From: an uncultured Gammaproteobacteria bacterium
Lineage (GTDB): Bacteria > Patescibacteriota > Microgenomatia > Woykebacterales > RBG-16-39-9b
NCBI GenBank assembly: GCA_964360785.1
Contig: CAYHXX010000003.1
Location: 22,911 to 86,910 of the forward strand
DNA length: 64,000 nucleotides
Direction: 5' to 3'
The translations under genes were made by a program, and so were the position numbers. Under the pieces are notes generated by a model. It did not search any database. It was not told the origin of the DNA and saw nothing but the letters and a program-made list of their open reading frames with translations. Below, in pieces: positions 29,460-40,600 of this stretch (its first letter is position 1; every line of letters begins with the position of its first letter).

Positions 29460-30596
29460 ATGAACAAAGTTCAAACCAAGGTCATCATTCTTTCAATCGT
29501 GTTGTCGGTAATTATAGGTCTAGGATCTATTTACTTTACCTCTGCCAACCAGAAAAGTGTTCAAGCACTGTTCAAGAGTCGACAAGAAGAAAAAGAGGCT
29601 CTTTTTGATAATTTACTCAAATTGAAATCAGCTTCTCTGCTGTCCTATGCTTACGACTATACCTATTGGGATGAGATGGTCAAGGTAGTAGAAGAGGGAG
29701 ACGAAAAAATTGCCAAAGAAAACATTGACACGAGTCTTGCTACCTACGGAGCCAACGCCGTTTGGGTCTACCGACCAGATTTCTCCTTGGTATATTTTGT
29801 CGGCGATGAAAAGGTAGGCAGTTCTAAGAAAGTTTCACTGGAGACAAACGATTTGGAGAAAGCATTTGGAGCAGGTTTGTTTCCGCATTTTTATATCAAA
29901 ACGGGGGCTGGTTTGATGGAGCTGGCCGGCGCACCAATCCAACCCACAAGTGATACTGAACGCAAGACTACACCGCGCGGTTTTTTTCTGACAGGCAGAC
30001 TTTGGGACAAGGGTTATCTTGATGAACTAGCAGGTTTTATGTTTGGACAGGTAGAGCAAACCAGCACAGACGACAAAGATGGGCATCTGACTGAAAGTAG
30101 TCTAAAAGATGGGGTTATATTTTTCGAAAGACAACTCAATGGTTTTGATGGTAAGCCAGTCGACTCAATTCATGTTGAAGCCACGACACCGACAACTACA
30201 CTTTTGAGCCAAACCACAAACAATCATATGTACTATCAAGTACTATCATCTATTTTTGCTGTCTTTTTGGCAATGTTTTTTCTTGCTCGTTGGATTATCT
30301 ACCCACTTATTCGAGTTTCCAGAAGCCTTGCTGAGGGCGATACTAAGTTTATCGCAAGCCTAACAAAAAAGCGCGATGAGTTTGGGCAAGTGGCACAGCT
30401 GATAGTAAAGTTCTTTGAGCAAAAAGTATTACTGGAAAAAGAGGTAGCGGAACACTTTAGGGCAGAGAAAGAGATGCAAAGACAAAAGGACGAGCTTGAA
30501 CGAATCAACAAGACCATGATTGACAGAGAATTAAAAATGATTGAATTGAAAGAAAGAATTGCCGACCTTGAATCTAACTTAAAGGAAGAGAAATAA
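29460..30596 (+). CDS. CHASE4-HAMP membrane sensor ending in a coiled coil, no kinase domain
   Basis: TM, DYTYWDEM CHASE4-like motif, TM, HAMP-like (PLIRVS...RDEFGQVA), C-terminal ELERINKTMIDRELKMIELK. Confidence 0.7.
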   Translation: MNKVQTKVIILSIVLSVIIGLGSIYFTSANQKSVQALFKSRQEEKEALFDNLLKLKSASLLSYAYDYTYWDEMVKVVEEGDEKIAKENIDTSLATYGANAVWVYRPDFSLVYFVGDEKVGSSKKVSLETNDLEKAFGAGLFPHFYIKTGAGLMELAGAPIQPTSDTERKTTPRGFFLTGRLWDKGYLDELAGFMFGQVEQTSTDDKDGHLTESSLKDGVIFFERQLNGFDGKPVDSIHVEATTPTTTLLSQTTNNHMYYQVLSSIFAVFLAMFFLARWIIYPLIRVSRSLAEGDTKFIASLTKKRDEFGQVAQLIVKFFEQKVLLEKEVAEHFRAEKEMQRQKDELERINKTMIDRELKMIELKERIADLESNLKEEK

Positions 30597-30598
30597 GA

Positions 30599-32935
30599 AT
30601 GGATACACCAGAAAAAGTTTCTAGTGATGTTGATTTTTCTCAAAAATCCAAGCTGATTTATCAGTTTTCTAGTGTTGGTTTCGTTTCTCTGATTCTTTTT
30701 GGGATCGTCAACTTAACACAAGGGCAAACTTCTTCCGGAATAACTGAGCTTATTTTTGGTTTGGCTATTCTGGGCAATATGGCCTATCTACACTGGCAAG
30801 GTGACGTAGAATTTGCTGCCAATGGTGTACTTTTGCTGATGCTTGGGGTACTGACTTTTCTCCTTGTTGATGGTGGTATTGATAAATCCGGGCTTTTTTG
30901 GTTTTATACTTACCCGGCCTTGGCTTTTTTTCTCAAAGGTCGGAAAAAGGGTGTAGTTTGGATTTCGGTGCTGCTATCAATGGTAGTACTAGTTACTGTA
31001 ATGAGTATGTTAGCTTTGGTGGAAATACCTTTCTCCGATGTGATTATCCGCCAACTCTTGGTTAGTTTATTCGTTGTTTCTTTTTTGATTTATCTCTACC
31101 AACAGGTTAATGAGAAGAAAGAGAAGTTGCTCGAAACCGATCGCCAAGATCATGAAAAGCAAACGCATATTCTTGAGGAAAAGGACTTGGTTATCCAAGA
31201 GACCTTAAAAGGAGTTGAGGAGCAAAATCAAAATTTGTCCAATACCAAGCTGGCAATGCTCAATGTTTTGGAAGACGCCAAGGAATTGCAGACAAAACTA
31301 CAATCTCAAACTGATGAATTGCGCAAATTCCAACTCGCAACCGAAAGTTCCTATGAGCACATAATTATCACTGACAGTAAAGGTGTGATTCTCTACGCCA
31401 ACCCCGGAGCGGCGCGCAACACTGGTTATTCGATTGAAGAAATGATTGGCAAGACGACGGCTCTTTGGGGTGGTCAGATGGACAAAGATTACTACCAGAA
31501 GATGTGGCAGACTTTGGTTAAAGATAAACAGCCTTTTGTCAGTGAAATTACCAATAAACGCAAAAACGGTGATAAATATATCGCCCAGTTAAAAATCTCA
31601 CCGATTTTGGACGACAAAGATGAAATTAAGTTTTTTGTCGGTTTGGAAAACGATATCACCAAAGAACGAGAACTAACTACGCATCTGCGTGAAGAGAAGG
31701 CGAATGTTGAGCTCAAGGTGCAGGCACGGACAAAAGAGCTTCAAGATGAGCAGGGGAAATTACAGGCTTCAATCAACAGTTTGAATGTTGGTTTTGTAAT
31801 GACCGATACTGCCTACAATGTTGTTAATATCAATAGCACGGCTAAGCGAATTCTTTGTATTAACGATTTCAAGACAATATTGAAGGATCCAAGTAGTATT
31901 GGTTCCAATTGTAGTTTGGAAGATATCGAAGCGAACCTAAAAAATGTTGTTGATCTTCGACAAAATATCAAAAAATGTTTGAGCGAGAAAAATATTATCA
32001 ATATTGACGATATCAGCTTTAACAACCGCTTTCTGCACTTTTTCCTCTCGCCAATCGCACTCTACCGTGAAAAACTGGATATCATCGGTGTTGTAATTTT
32101 GGTTGAGGATGTCACTGAAGCCAAAATTTTGGCCAGATCCAAAGACGAGTTTTTCTCAATCGCTTCCCATGAGTTGCGCACACCTCTGACCGCGATTCGG
32201 GGAAACACGGCTTTGATGAAAGATTACTACTTTGACAAAATCCGAGATAAAGATTTGAAAGTTATGATCACTGATATTCATGAATCTTCAGTACGACTAA
32301 TACAAATCGTCAATGATTTTTTGGATACTTCTCGTTTGGAGCAAGGTCGGATCGATTTCCACAACGAAGACTTTGACTTGCCAACGGTGATTGAGGAAGT
32401 TGCTAAGGAACTAGAACCCAATCTTGCAGCTGCGGAACTCTATTTAAAGCTGAAGCCATCCAATGTCCCGATCCCACTTGTGATTGCCGATCGCGATCGG
32501 GTTAAACAAATTTTGATCAATTTGATCGGCAATGCGATTAAATTTACCGAAGAAGGCGGAATTTCAATTGCACTGTCCCCAAAGTCCTCATCTGTGAAGC
32601 TTTCAATAACCGATACTGGTAAGGGTTTGACCGAGGAGAATAAAAATTTGCTTTTCCGCAAGTTCCAGCAAGCAGAGGACAATATTTTGACTCGGGATGC
32701 GACGCGGGGGACAGGGCTTGGGCTCTATATTTCCAAGCTTTTGATTGAGGGTATGGGCGGGAAAATCTATTTGGAGGCTTCCGAAGAGAAGAAAGGTTCA
32801 ACTTTTAGCCTTGAATTGCCAGCAGTGGCCAAGATCGAATTGGTCGCTCCGGAGACAGCAGAGGGTCCAAAGAAGAGTAAAAGAAAATTTAAACCAAGTA
32901 ACACTCCAGCAAAAAAGAAAGTTGTCAAAAAATAG
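30599..32935 (+). CDS. Membrane PAS sensor histidine kinase
   Basis: About 5 TMs, PAS (ITDSKGVILYANP...NKRKNG), HisKA SIASHELRTPL, N box NLIGNAIKF, G1 DTGKG, F box, G2 GTGLGL. Confidence 0.93.
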   Translation: MDTPEKVSSDVDFSQKSKLIYQFSSVGFVSLILFGIVNLTQGQTSSGITELIFGLAILGNMAYLHWQGDVEFAANGVLLLMLGVLTFLLVDGGIDKSGLFWFYTYPALAFFLKGRKKGVVWISVLLSMVVLVTVMSMLALVEIPFSDVIIRQLLVSLFVVSFLIYLYQQVNEKKEKLLETDRQDHEKQTHILEEKDLVIQETLKGVEEQNQNLSNTKLAMLNVLEDAKELQTKLQSQTDELRKFQLATESSYEHIIITDSKGVILYANPGAARNTGYSIEEMIGKTTALWGGQMDKDYYQKMWQTLVKDKQPFVSEITNKRKNGDKYIAQLKISPILDDKDEIKFFVGLENDITKERELTTHLREEKANVELKVQARTKELQDEQGKLQASINSLNVGFVMTDTAYNVVNINSTAKRILCINDFKTILKDPSSIGSNCSLEDIEANLKNVVDLRQNIKKCLSEKNIINIDDISFNNRFLHFFLSPIALYREKLDIIGVVILVEDVTEAKILARSKDEFFSIASHELRTPLTAIRGNTALMKDYYFDKIRDKDLKVMITDIHESSVRLIQIVNDFLDTSRLEQGRIDFHNEDFDLPTVIEEVAKELEPNLAAAELYLKLKPSNVPIPLVIADRDRVKQILINLIGNAIKFTEEGGISIALSPKSSSVKLSITDTGKGLTEENKNLLFRKFQQAEDNILTRDATRGTGLGLYISKLLIEGMGGKIYLEASEEKKGSTFSLELPAVAKIELVAPETAEGPKKSKRKFKPSNTPAKKKVVKK

Positions 32936-32957
32936 CTGGTAACAGTATAATCTCATT

Positions 32958-33350
32958 ATGGCAAAAATATTGATAATCGAAGACGACCCTCTGATGTCTC
33001 GGTTGTACGAGAAGATTTTTACCTTTGAAAAATATGAAGTCGTCTTGGCAGATAATGGCCAGGACGGATTGGATAAGGCGAGAACTGAGAGTCCGACACT
33101 GATATTGCTTGATATCATGATGCCGAAAATGAATGGCCTACAGGTCTTAGAGAAGCTTAAGGCCGATCCGGACCTAAAAAAGATCCCGGTCGTGATGCTC
33201 ACCAACCTAGCTGGGGATAAAGATGCCGAGACAGCGCTAGCCAAGGGTGCAGTCAAATATATTATCAAAAGTAATCAAGATCCCAAGCAAGTTTCCGGCA
33301 TGGTCAAAGAAATTCTTGCCGGTTACACCCGCGACGAAATCCCTACCTAA
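32958..33350 (+). CDS. Single-domain response regulator (close paralog of 24393-24767)
   Basis: KILIIEDD, LLDIMMPKMNGLQVL, IPVVMLTNL, DAETALAKGA. Confidence 0.9.
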   Translation: MAKILIIEDDPLMSRLYEKIFTFEKYEVVLADNGQDGLDKARTESPTLILLDIMMPKMNGLQVLEKLKADPDLKKIPVVMLTNLAGDKDAETALAKGAVKYIIKSNQDPKQVSGMVKEILAGYTRDEIPT

Positions 33351-33354
33351 TATC

Positions 33355-33384
33355 TTGACAAGGCCCGTCCTTGCAGAGTAAATT
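33355..33384 (+). promoter_or_regulatory. REP copy forming a sigma70-like promoter for the RAYT gene
   Basis: TTGACA-aggcccgtccttgcagag (18 nt)-TAAATT, 6 nt before ATG 33391. Confidence 0.55.
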
Positions 33385-33390
33385 ACTCCC

Positions 33391-34050
33391 ATGCCAATTC
33401 GCAAAACTAGTTTTTTTGAAAATGGTTTTTATCATGTCTACAACCGCGGCGTCGAGAAGCGGGAGATTTTTCTTGACGAAAAAGATTACCAATCTTTTGT
33501 CGGTATTTTAAAAACTTATCTTTCAGAAGATATATCAAACAATAGTGAAATTACGTTGCAAGGACGGGCCTTGCAGGGCAAACGAATCAGAAAACATAGC
33601 CTTGGCGAGGAAGTGAGTCTGGTTGCATATTGCTTGATGCCGAATCACTTTCATCTATTGCTGCAGCAAAGATTCTCAACGTCGATTACAAATTTTATGC
33701 GTCGGGTTCTAACAGCCTACTCGATGTATTTCAATGATCGTTACGAACGGGTAGGGAGTTTATTCCAGGGCCGCTTCCAAGCCAAAGATATTTCCAATGA
33801 CGAATACCTATTGCATTTAACTCGTTACATTCACCGCAACCCAGTCGAAGCAAAAATAGTTAAAATTCAAAACTTAGAAAAATTTAAGTGGTCCTCTTAC
33901 CAAAATTATCTGGGGTTAAAGGAGGTCGTTTGGGTGAAGTCAAAAGCAATTCTTGATTACTTTTCGTCAATAGAGAGCAACAAAGACTACAGGAGTTTTG
34001 TTGAATTCGAGTCGGAAGAAAATCTTCCAGAAAGTTTACAAATTGACTAA
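33391..34050 (+). mobile_element. REP-associated tyrosine (Y1/HUH) transposase, RAYT-like
   Basis: YHVYNRG, YCLMPNHFHLL (HUH), LFQGRF, YIHRNP (catalytic Tyr), WSSY; flanked by palindromes. Confidence 0.85.
33557..33575. repeat. REP-like palindrome inside the RAYT CDS, inverted orientation
   Basis: TGCAAGGACGGGCCTTGCA; translates within LQGRALQG. Confidence 0.8.
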
Positions 34051-34057
34051 AATTAGC

Positions 34058-34133
34058 CTGCAAGGCCCTGTCTGCCGACCAGTCTGCCGACCAGTCTGCC
34101 GACAGGCAAGACAGGCACGACCGTCCTTGCAAG
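34058..34133. repeat. Composite repeat: REP interrupted by tandem GTCTGCCGAC units
   Basis: CTGCAAGGCC-CT(GTCTGCCGACCA)2-GTCTGCCGACAGGCA-AGACAGGCACGA-CCGTCCTTGCAAG. Confidence 0.8.
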
Positions 34134-34226
34134 TACTAGGGTTGGAAGTTAGTTCAGTTAAGGTTATAGAATGTTTATAGGAATTTATATGTCGCTAAAG
34201 CACCATATATTTCTTAAGAAAGTAAT

Positions 34227-34637
34227 ATGAAAAGTGATGAAGAGTTACGAAAAACTTTTAAGATCGCAGTCAATGATACCAATTTGATTCAGGTCGCCAT
34301 TTATTCAAGCGAATCCGATGAAGGTGACAATGGTCGCCAAGCCGAACTTGTTGTCGAGGGAATTGGTCAAATTGTTGGAGCTGATACAAGTAAAACTTAT
34401 AAATTTCTAGTTGATTTATCTGTTTCCGGAACTATTCATTCGCTTTCCCCGAAAGCCCGCAAAGCCTACGAGAGCTTAGGTCGGTTCAATAATATCGACA
34501 AAGCGGCGGTGGTCGGAAAAAGTCTATTTTTGGAAGTCACGGTAAATCTAATCGTCCAAACTCTTGGTCGTGGTAGTAATTTCAAATGGTTTGAAAATAT
34601 TGACGAGGCCAGAAAGTGGTTAGCTGAAGGTCCTTGA
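34227..34637 (+). CDS. STAS/SpoIIAA-like small protein
   Basis: FLVDLS...SPKARKAY...KAAVVG...KWFENIDEARKWL pattern. Confidence 0.6.
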   Translation: MKSDEELRKTFKIAVNDTNLIQVAIYSSESDEGDNGRQAELVVEGIGQIVGADTSKTYKFLVDLSVSGTIHSLSPKARKAYESLGRFNNIDKAAVVGKSLFLEVTVNLIVQTLGRGSNFKWFENIDEARKWLAEGP

Positions 34638-34657
34638 CAAGTCCCGGCCTTGCAGAG
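34634..34657. repeat. REP-like palindrome between convergent genes
   Basis: TTGACAAGTCCCGGCCTTGCAGAG. Confidence 0.7.
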
Positions 34658-34661
34658 CAAG

Positions 34662-37600
34662 TTACTGTTGGTTCAAGATAAACCAGGTGAATTTGATAGC
34701 GGTTGTTGCCGAAGCAGTTGCTTGATCTGGTTGATCTCCACTACTACGTTCCAGTGCCACGACAAAACCCTCTCCGACTTTCTTTTCTTTAATATAAAGT
34801 GACAGCCCATTGGTTTTGGTTGAAGCGGTTAGGTTGATCAGGGATTCCTCTGTCACCTTGTCTGATTCAATAAAGACCTCAGTGGCATCAGCAGCAAAGA
34901 TAGCCTCACCAGCAGTCTTGGCCTCTTTCTTGACCACGGCTTCACCAAAGACCAATTTACCAAAATCACCGACTAATGCAGTTACTTTAGAGAAAAGTGC
35001 TTCGCCAGTGTCAGACACCCAAGCAACTGCTTGGCCAGTTGAATTTTCCCAAACAAATTTTGCTCCAGCCGAAAGAGGTGCAATTAAATCACCATTTTGG
35101 TCTAATGTCACGGTAGTCGCAGTTGTGGTTTCCAAGATTTGTTCTGGAGAAGGAACAAACCAAGTTCGGTTTACAAACACTAAAACTTTACCATCTTCGG
35201 TTGGTTCGTCAGAAGTTTTTGCTTGGTTTTCACTTCCTTGCAGCGTTGCTGATCCAGTCGCGACTGGGTTTTCTGAAGAATTTTCCTGGCCACCTTCTAC
35301 TCCAAGGCCCGGCCTTGGAGGGAAGTCTTCGAGAGCCATACCAATGACAAAACCGGCTTTCTTGGCTTTCATCGCCACTCCAGGAATACCCGAAGAGGTT
35401 AGATAATCACCGGCCTTGATAGGGTCGGCTCCGTTGTTGGTCGTAACGCGCAAGGGTACGCGTCCAGATAGGGCAACCGGATGTCCGCCGGGTTTGTTTT
35501 GGCCCAGTGTGAGTCCCGGTTCAGTCGAAACAATTCCGAGCATTTCATTTTGGTAAGGCTTATCGGTGGCAGTAATAAATTCACCTGTCTTATCGGTATC
35601 AACCGAAACCAAAGTCCCAGCGTCCAAGCCAATATCGGAGTAGTAGTACTCAGCCAAGTCAGCCCCACCGGTGAAGCCAACTTCGAGACCCTGACTACCA
35701 GTAAGAATGATACCGTCTTGAATCAGTTCTCCCCTAATATTAAAGAGTTGGTTGGCAAGATAATCCAGCCCCTGGCCGAGCCGAACATCTCTAGTTTCGG
35801 CATATATGTGAGCCTCCGTACCGATGAGCAAAGCTCTTCCTGAAAGATCTATAGAACGAATATCATCATAGTTCGTGCCAGTCCACTCAACGGCATAGTC
35901 ATCGGTTTGGGCTGAGTTGGAATGAAAGAGATCGGCGATAAGATTAGGTCCGGCTTGGTGGTTATAACAAGTCACGCCGCCACCATCTGCAGTATCATTG
36001 GTACCAATGCACATCTGTCTGGCTTCTCCCAAAGGAGATTCGGCCGTTACACCAACAGCCGTAACTGTATCGGATGCTCCGTATAAAGCCTCCGGGTCGA
36101 CTTCAAAATCAGTGGTCGTATCCGGAGTGGTGGCAAAATTGGATGAAACTGTAAGAGTCGTAGTGGTATTTGAAACAACGCGTCTGGTTTGTCCCACTCC
36201 GGTGCCGCCGGTAAGGGTGACTATCATGCCAGAAAATTCATTCGGAATCCAGGTTTCACCCGAGTCTCCAATAGTGCTTGAAGAAACGGTCGTAGCGTCG
36301 GTTACTGTTATAACTCGTTTTGCTACTAATGGCCGTGCATCGTTATATAAACGGCGGGCAGGAGCGGAGAGTAGTTGGGAAACCGTTGTTGCCCCGCTGC
36401 TGAAAGTAAAGTCGTCGATCGAACCATCCCAGAAGTTCGCGCCGGTAGCGCAGTTGGCAGCCCCTGCACAACTGGCTCCGATACTAGTCACCTGAGAAGC
36501 GGCGTCTACTGTCCCTGCTTGCGGTGTCGCATTGGTTGAATTCAAAATTTGTCCATCTATATACACATTAAGATCGCCGACGTTATCGCGTGCGAGTAAG
36601 AGAAAGTGCCACTGATCATCATTATAGGCAAGCGAGGAAGTCGACGTGATATCGTAAGTCGTGAACTGGGTGAATGTCGTGGTAGCATCAATGGCCCCGA
36701 CAATAGTCCCGGTAGTGGTCATATAGGCGACGACACACCCGACGACCGCGGCCGGTGTGGTGTTGTAGCATTTTTCGTACAAGACTTGCGGGGCAGCCGG
36801 GGCTGTTGTGGAGTGTTTGAACCACATGCTGATATTAAATGCCGTTGTAGTGCTGTTGAAACTAGCATCATTGTCACAGGTGGCGTCAGCATTGGCATCG
36901 GAACAAAGATAGCCCGCGCCACCCAGTGTCACACCCTTGCCGCGGACTCCACTGGCTCCAAGCGTAAAGGTTCCCTTGTAGCTCATATCGGTATTATTGA
37001 AACTGGCATCCTGCGCCAACGTTCCACTTGTTTCATCTAGTGGCAGAGCGGCATCAATAGCATTGGGCATCAACATGGTTTGACGGGTAGTGTTATAGAA
37101 TTTGGACCAACCGTTGGTGACAGTAGCGTTATCATGAATTTCGGTCAGACCCAAACTATGTCCGACATAAATAAGATCCATATTGTCTTGAGCGAGCGAT
37201 CCTCTTTCCACTACTTCCAAGGCGTCGGGCGCATCGGTTTGAATCGCCACCGCTCCCACTGCCAAAGCCGGGCCGACAGCTGAAGTCCAACGCGAAGTAT
37301 ACGTACCAGCTACTTCACTCGTCTTATCAGAATCAATCGCATCCCACTTTTCAGCCTGATCGGTTGTGGAATTCAAGGCATACATTTTACCGCTTTTTGT
37401 CAGGGCGACGGCTTCATAATTATCTGCCAATACATCTGAATATTGGAGCAGCTTTTGGGCTGCCAGGTTGATAATAGTCACTCCTGAATCGGTGGCCAGT
37501 GCCACAAACGATAGTCCTTGCCCGGGGATAACGTTTGTGGTACCACCGATGGTAATCGCCGAAAGACTGCTGTTGACGCTGACTGCGGCGACGTCGTTGA

Positions 37601-40600
37601 TGTTCATCCATTCCGCCGATGTGCCAACCGGGTCAAGTTGAAGCGCGGTTTTAGCGTCGCTGGCATAGGTAACAGCGCCGTTGCGCCCGCTGATACCAAC
37701 ATCCGCGCCAGCCCGATCGGTGGCGTCATAATTCCACATACGATCATTGACGAAGTCAAAGGCATACAAACCGCCGGAAGCAGTACCTTTTGCGCCGACA
37801 TAAATCACGCCGTTTAGTGCCGTGACACTGGACGGATCATTATTGGTATCTGCTCCTAGGGCCCAGCCGGCGGCATTCTGGCTAAACTTCATCCACATAT
37901 CATTGGTGGCCGCATCAAAAATATAAAGCGAGTCGGTGGTGACGATAAGGATGGCTTTACGGGGAAAAGCTTTGGCGTAACAACGGTCGTCGGTGGCGAT
38001 GACACAGGGATCACTAGGACCGTCATCAAGCGTTTCGTTGTACCAAGAAAGCTGGTCGGTAGTGGCCCAATCTATCCAACGGCCGCCATCACTGTCGGCA
38101 GTTGTATCATAGACATAAATGTCTTTGATTCCGGTTAGAGCAGTGATATCTGAATACCCTTGAGAGACTATTTCTCCGTAAACTGAGGCATTACCACGAT
38201 TGGTTGGGGAGCCGATCTGGAGTAGCCTCTCTGTGGAGCCAGTTATTGATATTGTCCCAACCCCAACTCGGCCGTCACCGTCAATTATAAATGGCGTTGT
38301 GTCGCTTGCGACATCATCAATACGGAGAGCCATGTTACCAGTTCCGGTAGCGCGATGATCAACATAAAGACTGGTGTTGGTATTGGCCGTACCAGTATTG
38401 CTCAGTTTGAGAAGGCTACCGGTATTGGCGGCGTTGGATCCAGAGAGAACCAGTTCGGTGAGGGAACCAGTGAAAGCAATTGCCGAAGAGCTGACCGTTA
38501 TACCTTTTCCTGAGGTCAAGCCGTTGGTAGTAATTGCTAGAGCAGTTTCACCGTCAATAGCGTTGGCAGTGAGGTTGATACCATTGGCTGCATTTGAAGC
38601 TTGTACTAAATCAAGTCCTAGGACAGCAGCGGTGGTGTTGTTTTGGTTGATCTGTAGTGTAAAAGCGCTGCTTGTTCCAGCTGAAGTTGGATTGGTGATA
38701 ACGATAGAGTCTTGGGTGGCATCAAGGGTGATCAATTGATCGCCAGCTGCACCAGCGTCATAAGTTTGCTGTAAGGTACCGCCACCACCGCCACAACCAG
38801 TACAAGAAGACACTGTTAAAGCAGCTGAAGCAAAGCTAAGAGTGGTAGCATTCGAGGTGAGATTTAGGCTCCCATTTCTGTAAAGATTAACGCTATTGGC
38901 ATCAGTTCCCCATTGGATTCCAGCAGAAACTGTAGTGGACGAAAAAGTCCCATCAAGACAATCAAAACAAAGCCCAATGTTTTTCGTACCACCGGCAGTA
39001 ATATTATCAATATGGACCCCGTAGGCATTGGTAATAACATCAGCAGTACCTTTAATTAAATCAGCAGCTTCGAGTGCAACACCATCTTGAAGGGTAATCG
39101 CTCCGCCAGTCGAGTCGTCGACTTTTACTGTCCCTGATATTCCGAAAGCTATCCCAGTCGGCGAGTTGATATTGACTATTGGTTGGGAGTAAATTCCAAC
39201 ACAGCCTCCAAAAAGGGCAATCGGACAAGTTGCAGAGCTATTGTTGACGTTACCAATTGCTTGGAAGATGCTTTGTCCTGCGGAGAATAGCAGAGTGCCA
39301 TTACCTGCAGCAGTATTGCCGATAAATTTAATAAAGCCATCGGTGTCGTTTTCCACCTTTTCGCCGTTGGTGAAGGTGATGTCTCCACTAGCCCCAGTGA
39401 AAGTAAGACCAGTGGTTCCACCAATGACAAAGTTGTCATCGGTTTTGAGAGTATCACTGGCAGAGCGGTAGAGAGTTACCAGATTGGTATCAGTCCCAAA
39501 CTGGATCCCTGCGGCCACCGTGCTCGAAGCCCAAGCACCATCACAGTCAAAACAGAGGGCAACATTAGTGTTGGCTCCTGAGACATCAGCAAGGTAGAGA
39601 CCGATGGCTGTGGTGGTTCCATTGGTGTCTCCAGTCGCGTCAAAGTAGCCTCCGTAGGTATTTCTTGTTCCTGTGCCGGTACTGGTATTAGAAGCAGATG
39701 AATAAATGCCGTAGAGGTTAAATACGACTGCGCCACCGGCGGTATCGATTCCTGTTTTACTGACGGTGTTATAAATTCCGTAATCATTTTGTGGGCTAAA
39801 GACTGAGGCAAACGCCGTACTTGAGGTCCAGGAATTGTAAACACCGTAGCTACCACCGCCATTATTATCGGTAGACGTGAAGGAATTATCAATACCTCTT
39901 ACATCATCAGTTGCGCTAGTGGTATTAACATCCAGCACGCCAGCACCGCCGACTGCTCCTGTGCCATTGATAAGGACTGTACTAGCAAAGGTAGTGGCAT
40001 CCTGAACATCGAGAATATCCGCACCGTTAATGATGACATCATTACCAGCTCCAGCTGAAGCGATGGTGATCGCACCCGTTGCAGTAATATCACCGACATC
40101 GGTGATTGTATTGGCATTGAAATCTAGGGTTGTATCGGAGAAGGAGTATTCAGTTGCATCATTTTCTCGTAAGTTAATCAAGCCGCCATCGGTGACGTTA
40201 ATCATCAAATCATTTGTACTCGAAGCATAGATTGATCTGACAGCTGAAGGGGCAGATGCATCAGCAGTTGTGAAGGTTAGGCTGTCGTTGGTGGTGTCAT
40301 CGACTTCTCCGGAGAACCCTCCAGGACAAGCTCCCCAAACTGGAACACCGCTAGCCCCAGCTCCAGAAAGTAGACACTGGCTGCCGGTTTCAGTTTCTAC
40401 GACTCGAGTAACGACTCCGCCAGTTGTTGTGTACAAAACCGCGTTAGCGTCAGTGATCATCGAAGAGAAGGTAATAGCTCCAGAGGAGGTGAGTGCTGTT
40501 GCGCCAGTGATTGCCCCTGCGCCAGTGATATCGATGGTTGGGGTGTTAAGAAAATTACTGTAACCATTACCAAAAGCACCGGTATTGGTGATACTGATTG

